DNA from: Candidatus Methanophagaceae archaeon
Lineage (GTDB): Archaea; Halobacteriota; Syntropharchaeia; Alkanophagales; Methanospirareceae
Direction of reading: 5' to 3'
NCBI GenBank assembly: GCA_003194425.1
Contig: PQXB01000001.1
Span: 850,444-882,443 of the forward strand
Length of the DNA stretch: 32,000 nucleotides
Under the pieces are notes generated by a model. It did no database searches. It saw only the letters and a program-made list of their open reading frames with translations, and was not told the DNA's origin. Of this stretch, positions 1 to 6,960 are shown in pieces; within the stretch, counting starts at the first letter, position 1, and every line of letters starts with the position of its first letter. The translations under genes were made by a program, and so were the position numbers.

Positions 1-120
1 TAAGGCATCCAAACCTTTTCCCCCGCGCCGCAACTTTTGTGCTTGCAATCTGCCATTTCCTTCGTCCGTTTTGTATTACTTTTTAATTAATTTTATTATT
101 TAACTACGCTTGGTTTAAAC

Positions 121-192
121 TAAAGTAATGTAATCTAAAGTAATGTAATCTAAAGTAATGTAATCTAAAAGGTAATCTAAAGCAATGTAATG
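121..192. repeat. 15-bp tandem repeat array (TAAAGTAATGTAATC x3 perfect, then 2 degenerate copies) running into the rnp3 start codon
   Basis: Read directly: 121-135, 136-150 and 151-165 are identical. 166-177 (TAAAAGGTAATC) and 178-192 (TAAAGCAATGTAATG) are degenerate copies. The ATG at 190 lies inside the last copy. Confidence 0.9.
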
Positions 193-945
193 CTCGACTT
201 CTTTGACCTCAGCCTGCACTTGCGCCCACGCCCAGAGACCGAGACCGAATCGTCTGCGGAAGAATTGATCAAAACAGCGAAGAGGTTCGGGTACGCTGGC
301 GTAGCAGTAACGAACCACAACGACTACGCGGAAATCGGAGCGGGTGCAGGAGAGAGTTCGAATTTCGCCTACAAAGGCATCGAGATAAGGGCTGATTCGG
401 TCGCTGTGCTGAAAAGGAAAATAAAAATTCACTACGGCAGAGTGGCGGTCTTGGCGGTTCACGGCGGCGATGAAAAGATAAACGAGGCGGCGTTGCAGGA
501 CTACCGCGTGGATATTTTGGCGCACCCCTGCGGCGAATTTGGGAGGGGAAAAGGGAAAGGGAGGGGAAAAGGGAAAGGGAGGGGAAAAGGGAAAGGAGGA
601 GGGTTAAACCACGTGCTGGTCCGCTACGCTGCCGAGAACGGCGTTGCGCTAGACTTCAACATGAACGCGATAATTCAGAGTAGGGGGAGAGGGGAGAGGG
701 CGCGAGTTCTTCGGAAAATGCGGGAGAATTTGAAACTCGTGCGCAAATACGACGCCCTCCCGGTGCTAACCAGCCACGCAGAAACGGTCTACGATTTAAG
801 AGCCCCGCGGGAAATGGTTGCGCTGGCGGGTTTGTTTGGAATGACGAGAGAGGAGGCGGTGCGGGCGTTGAGCGAGGTTCCGCGGGGGATTTTGGAGAAG
901 CGGTGGAAGAGGTGGAAGAAGGGGCGGGAGGTGGAGGTTTTGTGA
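190..945 (+). CDS. rnp3: Ribonuclease P protein component 3 (Rpp30 family, PHP/TIM-barrel type)
   Basis: N-terminus MLDFFDLSLH...AKRFGYAGVAVTNH. C-terminal half VDILAHP...GLNHVLVRYAAENGVALDFNM...VLTSHAE...LRAPREMVALAGLFGM follows the archaeal Rpp30 pattern as I recall it. It is directly followed by Pop5 in the usual pairing. Contains a (GRGKGK)3 insert. Confidence 0.85.
   Translation: MLDFFDLSLHLRPRPETETESSAEELIKTAKRFGYAGVAVTNHNDYAEIGAGAGESSNFAYKGIEIRADSVAVLKRKIKIHYGRVAVLAVHGGDEKINEAALQDYRVDILAHPCGEFGRGKGKGRGKGKGRGKGKGGGLNHVLVRYAAENGVALDFNMNAIIQSRGRGERARVLRKMRENLKLVRKYDALPVLTSHAETVYDLRAPREMVALAGLFGMTREEAVRALSEVPRGILEKRWKRWKKGREVEVL
541..594 (+). repeat. In-frame 18-bp tandem repeat x3 (GGGAGGGGAAAAGGGAAA) encoding (GRGKGK)3 inside rnp3
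   Basis: Three identical 18-nt units read directly at 541-558, 559-576 and 577-594. The repeat falls in a loop region just before the conserved GLNHV segment. Confidence 0.9.
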
Positions 946-1304
946 AATTTCAGAGACTGCCGCCAACACTGCGGGAAAGGAAGCGGTACCTCGTGTTTGA
1001 GGTGCGGAGCGAGTGGCGGGGTGAGCGAGAAGTGGAGAAGCGGGAGGTGTTGAGGGAGATTTGGAACTCGGTTTATTCGCTGCACGGTGAGGTAGGGGCG
1101 AGCGAGAGCAATATTTGGCTGATAAATTACGCCGCAGGCGTGGGAATTCTTAGGTGCGCTCACAACAGGGTTGAGGAAGTGCGGGCGGCGTTAGCCTGCG
1201 TTCACTCGCTGAACGACGCAGCAAAGGTCGGCATCCGAGTGCTCGGCGTCTCGGGCACGATAAAAGGTGCGAAGCGACTCGCTCACCTCAGCATTTCAAT
1301 GTAA
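942..1304 (+). CDS. rnp2: Ribonuclease P protein component 2 (Pop5 family)
   Basis: KFQRLPPTLRERKRYLVFEV ... GILRC ... VLGVSGTIKGAKR matches the archaeal Pop5 signature (LPPTLR-x-K-x-RY, VLGVSGTIK). The likely start is GTG at 942, overlapping the rnp3 stop (GTGA). The tracked ATG at 903 would add a poorly conserved extension. Confidence 0.85.
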   Translation: MKFQRLPPTLRERKRYLVFEVRSEWRGEREVEKREVLREIWNSVYSLHGEVGASESNIWLINYAAGVGILRCAHNRVEEVRAALACVHSLNDAAKVGIRVLGVSGTIKGAKRLAHLSISM

Positions 1305-2482
1305 TCCGACAAATCCCGTCGCGTTATAATTCCCACGAACTCGCCACTCACCGCGTCCCTCACTGCCAAGACCTTCCGCCTGCTTTTCATCATCTTTTTC
1401 AACGCCACTGCCGCTGCCTCTTCCGCAAACACGAATTCTTCAACGCTCTCGAACGCAGCACCGCCACCTCTTTCTGCACGAGCCACGACATCCAAAGCCG
1501 TTAAATGCTGCTCGGGTCTCACTTTTTTTATGTCCTCCCAAGTCACGAACCCTCGTAATTCGCCGCCTTCGCTTACCACCGCGAACTCAACAGTCCTCTC
1601 CTCGAGCATCTTTTTCGCAACCTCCGCAACCGTCGCCCCCTCCGGCACGCTCGTTCTCTCGGTCCTCATCACATCCCGCACCTTCACGCCCTCCAACGCC
1701 GCGAAAGTTGCGGTTGCGTTCTCCTCCTCGGTCGCCGCGATGAAGAGGAAAACGGCGAGCAGCGGAAACCAGAAATTCCCAGACACCACCTCGCCACGCA
1801 AGAAAAATGTAATCGGGTCTGCGAGGAAACCGCCAACCGCCATCACGACCGCGAATATTTTTCCGACCAGCACCGCCCGCTTCGTCGCCTTTAGAAACGG
1901 CATTCGCGTCGCGAGGAACGCCCTGAAGACCCGCCCACCGTCCAGCGGGAACGCAGGCACCAAGTTGAAGACGCCCAGCCCTACATTGAGAAACCCGAGA
2001 CTAAAGACCAAAATCGTAACCGGGCGAAGAACAGAGGCAGGAACTCCAAAAATAAGCGTAGCCAATTTTAAGAGCCAAGAAGTGAGAAGAAAGAGACCGC
2101 CGAGTGCAAAACTCATCAACGGTCCCGCAATCGCAATCCGCCACTCCTCTCGCGGGCTCTTCGGCAGGTCTTCCATCATCGCCAAGCCGCCGAAGAAGAA
2201 AAGAGTTATGCTGTGTATTTTCGTCCCGAATTTCATCGCAACGTACGAGTGCGACATCTCGTGCAGCAGCAGTGTGAAGAAGAAGAGAACCGCTGCCGCA
2301 GTGGCGAGCGAGTAGCGGACGAACGGACTCATCGGGATTCCACCCAAGCCCAGCGGAACGCGATATTCGGTGGCAGGAAGGGTCGCAAATCCCCCGATAA
2401 TCCCGACCAAGATGAACAAGAAAGTGAAGTGCAGTCTTATCGGGATTCCGATGAGGGTCCCGACTTGAATTGAGGTTCGCAT
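1283..2482 (-). CDS. Site-2 protease family (M50) membrane metalloprotease with C-terminal CBS domain pair
   Basis: HEMSHS (HExxH) lies in a transmembrane segment, with a NLVPAFPLDGGR motif and multiple hydrophobic helices. The C-terminal about 130 aa has a CBS-pair-like pattern (VRDVM...VVSEGGELRGFVTWEDI...VLAVRDAVSGEFVGIITRRDL). The 3' end overlaps the rnp2 3' end by 22 nt (convergent). Confidence 0.85.
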   Translation of the reverse strand: MRTSIQVGTLIGIPIRLHFTFLFILVGIIGGFATLPATEYRVPLGLGGIPMSPFVRYSLATAAAVLFFFTLLLHEMSHSYVAMKFGTKIHSITLFFFGGLAMMEDLPKSPREEWRIAIAGPLMSFALGGLFLLTSWLLKLATLIFGVPASVLRPVTILVFSLGFLNVGLGVFNLVPAFPLDGGRVFRAFLATRMPFLKATKRAVLVGKIFAVVMAVGGFLADPITFFLRGEVVSGNFWFPLLAVFLFIAATEEENATATFAALEGVKVRDVMRTERTSVPEGATVAEVAKKMLEERTVEFAVVSEGGELRGFVTWEDIKKVRPEQHLTALDVVARAERGGGAAFESVEEFVFAEEAAAVALKKMMKSRRKVLAVRDAVSGEFVGIITRRDLSDYIEMLR

Positions 2483-2566
2483 TGTTTTTGTTTTGTTTTT
2501 TCGTTTGTCGTATTCTGTTTTATTGAATATTTAATTTATATTTCTCCTCCTCTCATAAATAGCATT

Positions 2567-2896
2567 ATGGAAATAGAACTGTCATCGTTGTACGGGCTGG
2601 AAATGTACACAGACAAGGGCGTGCGTGTCGGCGAGATAGAGAATGTGAGTGTGGACATAAAAGAGAAGCGGGTGGCGGGGCTGGCGGTGAAGAACATAAA
2701 TCCAAACGTCTTCGCCTTCGATCTGGGCAGCGAGGGGAGGCGGAGAGGCGTTATCGTTCCGTACCGCTGGGTAACGGCAATCGGGGACATTGTCCTGATA
2801 AAACATGTTAAGAGACGAGTGGGAGCGGCGGAGAGAGGAGAAGCGGAGAGAGGAGAAGGCGAGGAAGAAGAGAGAGAAGAGCAGAGACAAAGATAA
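2567..2896 (+). CDS. PRC-barrel domain protein with charged E/R-rich tail
   Basis: LYGLEMYTDKGVRVGEIENVSVDIKEKRVAGLAV ... VIVPYRWVTAIGDIVLI is the typical small archaeal PRC-barrel pattern. The tail is AERGEAERGEGEEEEREEQRQR. Confidence 0.7.
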   Translation: MEIELSSLYGLEMYTDKGVRVGEIENVSVDIKEKRVAGLAVKNINPNVFAFDLGSEGRRRGVIVPYRWVTAIGDIVLIKHVKRRVGAAERGEAERGEGEEEEREEQRQR

Positions 2897-3674
2897 AGAA
2901 AAAGAGAGGGAGATTTACGCGGAGGTAAGGGCGGTTCCGCCGTTGGTCGTGCGTGCAGACGGACGGGGCTTCAAGCGCGTCTTGGGCGACAGCGGGAAGT
3001 TCGCGAAGCCCTACGACGAGCGGTTTGCGCGGGGAATGGCAAAGGCAGCGGAAATGTTCTTCAAGAAGAGCGGCTTCGACCCCGTGCTCGCTTACACCTT
3101 CTCTGACGAAATAAGTTTCTTCTTCGAGCAAGTCCCGTTTAGAGGGCGAGTGGAGAAGTTGGACTCGGTGGTTGCGGGCTTTTTGGCGAGTGCTTTGACG
3201 ATTGTTTTGGGTTTTGAAGAGCCGGTCGCGTTTGACGCAAGGGTAATTCCTGTCTGCGCGTGCGGGGGTGAGAGGGAAGAAGGAGGAGCGGTTTTGGAGT
3301 ACCTCACGCAGCGGCAGGCAGAGGCGTGGCGAAACCACCTCAACGCTTACGCTTACTACGGGCTGGTGCGAAGCAAGGGGTTAGGGGGCAAGGAAGCAGA
3401 AAAGCGGCTGCGGGGAATGAAGGCGGGGGAAATTCACGAAATGCTTTTTCGCGACTGCGGGATAAACCTGAACGAGACGCCGAAATGGCAGCGACGGGGA
3501 ATTCTCGTCGTCAAGCAGCGCTACGAGAAAGACTACAAAATCGTTCAGCACTGGAACCTGCCGTTGTTCGGAAAAGTTTTTTCTAAAAAGTTTTCTTTTC
3601 TAAAGAAAAGTTTTAGTGGGCCTGAAGGGATTCGAACCCTTGACCGCCCGGTGTCTCACAAGAAAATCGGTTAG
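2805..3674 (+). CDS. thg1: tRNA(His) guanylyltransferase (Thg1 family)
   Basis: EIYAEVRAVPPLVVRADGRGFKR...KPYDERF...AYTFSDEISFFF matches the Thg1 core (RxDGxxF, SDE). The only canonical in-frame start upstream of the core is ATG 2805, which gives a 92-nt overlap with the PRC-barrel gene. The ORF stops at 3672-3674, inside the intron of the antisense tRNA. Confidence 0.8.
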   Translation: MLRDEWERRREEKRREEKARKKREKSRDKDKEKEREIYAEVRAVPPLVVRADGRGFKRVLGDSGKFAKPYDERFARGMAKAAEMFFKKSGFDPVLAYTFSDEISFFFEQVPFRGRVEKLDSVVAGFLASALTIVLGFEEPVAFDARVIPVCACGGEREEGGAVLEYLTQRQAEAWRNHLNAYAYYGLVRSKGLGGKEAEKRLRGMKAGEIHEMLFRDCGINLNETPKWQRRGILVVKQRYEKDYKIVQHWNLPLFGKVFSKKFSFLKKSFSGPEGIRTLDRPVSHKKIG

Positions 3675-3747
3675 GAGGTGATACCAATTCACTTTTTTTG
3701 TTCCTTGTTATGAGCCGGGCGCTCTGACCAGACTAAGCTACAGGCCC
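3617..3747 (-). tRNA. tRNA with anticodon CAT (Met, or Ile2 if the C is modified) carrying a 56-nt intron at the canonical 37/38 position
   Basis: Hand-folded on the minus strand. Acceptor GGGCCTG/CAGGCCC (7 Watson-Crick pairs). D arm GCTT-AGTCTGGTCA-GAGC. Anticodon arm CCCGG-CTCATAA-[intron 3652..3707]-CCGGG. Variable loop CGGTC. T arm AAGGG-TTCGAAT-CCCTT. Discriminator A. CCA is not encoded. Confidence 0.9.
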
Positions 3748-3842
3748 CTTTCTTCTCTCCTTTCTCTTCTCTTTTAGTGCATTTGTATTTTTTATTTAAA
3801 TACTAAATCTTTCGCTATAAAAAGCCTTAGGCAACTTTTATT

Positions 3843-5174
3843 TTATACCGCCTTTGAAATCCTGCTTACCGGCTCCGAAATTGTAAAATTCCCCTCCAAA
3901 ATCTTCTGTTTCAGCACCTCCGCCAGTTTCACCGCTCTTTTTCGGTCCGACTGCCGCAGCGTTACCGGGACCGCTCTACCCAAAACCGAAACCGTGCCGA
4001 GATTGCCGTAAAACGCACCGCCCTCGCAAGACCGAACGCAAGTTCCACAGTTGCAGCACAACTCCTCGCTCACTCGCTTGGTCTGCGGGTCGAACGCGTC
4101 TGTGGGACAAACGCCCGCAACCCGACAGTCCTCGCACTCAAGACACCTCCGCCTGTCAAACCGCACTGAGAGGTCGCAGTCCCGCTGCCAGACGTCCGCG
4201 TAAGTTACTTCTTCTCCCGCTCCTGCACCCTCTCCCGCACCCACCGGCAGCCGGTCGTGAACATCCAGCACGCCCAACTTTATCTCCTCGTCCAGCCTCT
4301 TAACGCTCTCCAAAATCCGCTCGTTCAAGACAGGAATTGGCACTGCCCACGAACTCCAGACCTCCGGTCCCGCGGAAGTGCGAAACCCGCCCAAGTACTC
4401 TGGAAGCATTCCGTGCATTTCAGCAAAGCCCATCAAATTCGGCTTCTCCGCCGTGCTCCGCGTCCCTTCTCCGACGACAAAACCCTCTGCACCGTTCATC
4501 AAAATCCTCGTGCCCACACCCACGGTCTCAAGCAGCGGGTCCTTCTCCAACGGGTTCAACTCGCCACACCCCGAGAAGGTTAATTCCTTTAACGGTCCCG
4601 CGAACTTGCGTACTGAAAAAATCGACGCTACTTCTCCCTCTTGCGAATTCACGAACGCAAAGTAGTTCTTGTAAACGTTACGAGTGCTGCAAAGCCGCGC
4701 AAACGGAATCTCCTCGAGGCTCGTCCTCGTCTCAACCTTCCCTCCCTCCACAGTCTCTACCACGACTTCCACCTCCTCCCCAGCGACCAGCGCCCGAAAA
4801 AGATGCCCTCCCCCGTATTTCTCGTCCCGCCGAGCAGTGCCGTAAACGATGAGGTCAACAATCCCGAGCCGCTCGTTCGGGCAGGGACCCGGAAACGCGG
4901 GCACGCCGTTCAAGAAGACCCGCTCCGCTCTTTCAAACGCTTCTCGCCGCTCCGCAACCTTAAACGAGAGAACTGCAAAAGTCCCACTCTTCACTCCGCA
5001 GGTAGCCGAAGTAACGACATCCACCTCTTCAAACTTCACCTCCTCTCCGCTCCGCACGCGGTCGCAAAGTTCGTCGGCAGACAGCACAACCGCCTCCCCT
5101 TTTTCGATTTTCTCCTTTACCTCGGTTACGGTCTTTTTTTTCTTTTTAGAGCCCATTTTGATGAGTTTTTTCAC
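3843..5174 (-). CDS. Homocysteine biosynthesis protein (COG1900/DUF39 family) fused to a C-terminal 2x[4Fe-4S] ferredoxin-like domain
   Basis: N-terminal EVKEKIEKGEAVVLSADEL...VDVVTSATCGVKSGTFAVLSF resembles the COG1900 signature known from methanogen homocysteine synthesis. The C-terminus has two Cys clusters (CLECEDCRVAGVCP and CCNCGTCVRSCE). Confidence 0.7.
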   Translation of the reverse strand: MKKLIKMGSKKKKKTVTEVKEKIEKGEAVVLSADELCDRVRSGEEVKFEEVDVVTSATCGVKSGTFAVLSFKVAERREAFERAERVFLNGVPAFPGPCPNERLGIVDLIVYGTARRDEKYGGGHLFRALVAGEEVEVVVETVEGGKVETRTSLEEIPFARLCSTRNVYKNYFAFVNSQEGEVASIFSVRKFAGPLKELTFSGCGELNPLEKDPLLETVGVGTRILMNGAEGFVVGEGTRSTAEKPNLMGFAEMHGMLPEYLGGFRTSAGPEVWSSWAVPIPVLNERILESVKRLDEEIKLGVLDVHDRLPVGAGEGAGAGEEVTYADVWQRDCDLSVRFDRRRCLECEDCRVAGVCPTDAFDPQTKRVSEELCCNCGTCVRSCEGGAFYGNLGTVSVLGRAVPVTLRQSDRKRAVKLAEVLKQKILEGNFTISEPVSRISKAV

Positions 5175-5261
5175 TCAACGCCCTTCGTATATTTTTTACA
5201 ATACTCTCATTGTTCTCTTATCAACTCTTTTAAGGAATTTATGACTGCGACTACTAACCTC

Positions 5262-6044
5262 TCACTTCAGCCGCTTCGTGTGAATTCCGCACTCGCCGCC
5301 GCACTTGCTCGTCCCTTTCCAACGTCCCGCCCGCTCCTCCTGCCAGTCGTAAACAGGCACGGTGCAGGGTTCGCAACCGAGCGACCTTATCCGCTTGCCG
5401 CCTGGAAAAACACGGCTGTACCACGGGTGCAACGGCACACCCTTCACCGCCAAGTACCCCAGCACCTCCGCCTCCGTCCAAGTCAAAATCGGGTTCACCT
5501 TCGCCAGCCCCCTGAACTCCACCTCCTTGTAGTCCTTCCTCGTCCGCCCCTCGGTGTTCCGCAGCCCGCAGACCCACGCGTCGTAGTCCTTAACCGCCTC
5601 CTTCGCCGGCTCTACCTTCAGCAACTCGCAGCACCTGTCCGGCGCCACCTCGTAAATCTTCTTCCCGTAAGCCAACTCCGTCTCCGCACTCTCCGCCTCA
5701 AACCGCTCCGCCAACGCCGACAACAACCTCACTTCTAACTCCCCCTGCTCCTCTCTCTCTTTCAGCACCGCCGGGACTTCCGCCTCCCGCGCCACCATAA
5801 AAACCGTCACATTCAAGCCCAACTGCTCGTTCATCCGCACCAAATAGTCAAAGGTCGCCCGCGGCTTGAAGACGGTCATTATCGAGAAGACTGGAATTTT
5901 GGGCTGAACCTCCCGTGCAAGCAGAACCGTCGCCATGCTGTCCTTCCCGAACGAGCAGGCAACCGCGATCCGTCGGTAGTCTCTCACTGCATTTTTCACA
6001 ATCTCTTTTGAATGCTCTACCTTTTCCTGCATTTTTTTATACAT
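5262..6044 (-). CDS. PAPS/APS reductase family protein (CysH-like, with Fe-S cluster type cysteines)
   Basis: The P-loop-like motif SFGKDS is present. CC (DRCCELLKVEP) plus GCEPCT provide CC...CxxC cluster ligands. The C-terminal ECGIH corresponds to the catalytic ECGLH motif of the family. Confidence 0.75.
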   Translation of the reverse strand: MYKKMQEKVEHSKEIVKNAVRDYRRIAVACSFGKDSMATVLLAREVQPKIPVFSIMTVFKPRATFDYLVRMNEQLGLNVTVFMVAREAEVPAVLKEREEQGELEVRLLSALAERFEAESAETELAYGKKIYEVAPDRCCELLKVEPAKEAVKDYDAWVCGLRNTEGRTRKDYKEVEFRGLAKVNPILTWTEAEVLGYLAVKGVPLHPWYSRVFPGGKRIRSLGCEPCTVPVYDWQEERAGRWKGTSKCGGECGIHTKRLK

Positions 6045-6169
6045 TTTTTTACACGACTCTCCCTTACACCTCTCTTTATTTAAAATTTTCTATTTTTGTC
6101 TATTAAATTGCCTAATTGTATAATTTTAAAAAAATAAATAAAAAGTCTTTTGTTTGTTTTATTGCAAAT

Positions 6170-6736
6170 ATGAACATCGCGGACGGCATCGTGACCGAAA
6201 TCTTCAGGAACGGCAAAGAACTGCCTGCACTGCTAACACGGGCGATCAAACAGAGCCTGGGGGTCAGCGTAGGCGAGTTCAGCGAAAAATCGGGCGTCCC
6301 TGCAAGCACGCTCTACAAAATCCTCTCAGGCCAGCGTGACCCGAACCTGCAGACCTTCCGACGAATAATAAACACGATTCGGGCGATTGAGGAGGCAGAG
6401 CTGGGGGGGAAACGTGGGCGAGGGAGTGCGGCGAAAGAGAAGAGGAAATTCATCGCAATTATCTGCTCTCGGGGGTGCTTGGATGTCTTAGAACGAACCA
6501 CGATAACGACTGAAAATCCGAGAGCGACCTTTGACCTCAAGGAGTACGCGGTTGCGAGCATTGAAGAGGCGATTTTAGCCGCGGTGCAAGCTGAGAAGGA
6601 CGGTGCCTCCGCACTTGTCTGCGCCCCGATCGTCAGTTCCACGGTCGAGAAGGTCGTCAGCATTCCGCTCACCACGATTAGACCGAGGTCGAGCGTTGCG
6701 AGGGCGATTGAACTGGCAGCGAAGAAAACGAGTTAA
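6170..6736 (+). CDS. XRE-type helix-turn-helix transcriptional regulator with an uncharacterised C-terminal domain
   Basis: SVGEFSEKSGVPASTLYKILSGQRDPNLQTFRRII is a classic HTH_3/XRE pattern. Start moved to ATG 6170 (MNIADGIV...). The tracked start at 6116 lies in A/T-rich promoter-like DNA. Confidence 0.6.
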   Translation: MNIADGIVTEIFRNGKELPALLTRAIKQSLGVSVGEFSEKSGVPASTLYKILSGQRDPNLQTFRRIINTIRAIEEAELGGKRGRGSAAKEKRKFIAIICSRGCLDVLERTTITTENPRATFDLKEYAVASIEEAILAAVQAEKDGASALVCAPIVSSTVEKVVSIPLTTIRPRSSVARAIELAAKKTS

Positions 6737-6805
6737 AATCACTCTAATTCCCTCCTCTCACCTCTAATCATATAAATTTTTCTCTTCGGCTTCGAAAACA
6801 CTGAA

Positions 6806-6870
6806 CTCTTTACCTCTACTCTTTACCTCTATGTTCTTTTACTCTTCAGGTCAAGTTCTTCAGGTCAAGT
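6806..6870. repeat. Two adjacent short tandem duplications upstream of cdhC (13 bp x2 CTCTTTACCTCTA; 14 bp x2 TCTTCAGGTCAAGT)
   Basis: Read directly: 6806-6818 equals 6819-6831, and 6843-6856 equals 6857-6870. Confidence 0.85.
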
Positions 6871-6960
6871 CCCAAATCATTCGACATTTCATAAATATAT
6901 GCAGTTTCATTTTATAAGGATTGGAAGTAGAAAAAGGAAGAGAAGGCAAGCGCGGCGGAG

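Noticed and set aside
1-56. Possible start of a minus-strand gene leaving the window (MADCKHKSCGAGEKVWMP...)
   Set aside because: Only 18 codons are visible. It has a plausible ATG and a purine-rich upstream stretch, but this is too short to support as a feature.
115-525. 136-aa minus-strand ORF ending in a DYITLDYITLDYITL repeat
   Set aside because: The repeat is simply the antisense translation of the 15-bp array at 121-192. The rest of the ORF is antisense to rnp3.
3673-3682. Perfect AGGAGGTGAT on the plus strand as a ribosome-binding site for a hidden plus-strand gene
   Set aside because: The nearest downstream ATG (3709) is more than 25 nt from the motif and opens only a 5-codon ORF. 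The sequence lies within the tRNA intron.
4641-5738. 365-aa plus-strand ORF spanning two minus-strand genes
   Set aside because: It is antisense to both the COG1900 gene and the CysH-like gene and crosses their intergenic spacer. It is P/R/L-rich low-complexity sequence with no RBS, so I treat it as a shadow ORF. The same reasoning applies to 1530..2315, 16489..17139, 16857..17417, 8937..9362, 10293..10883, 18116..18658 and 24838..25218.
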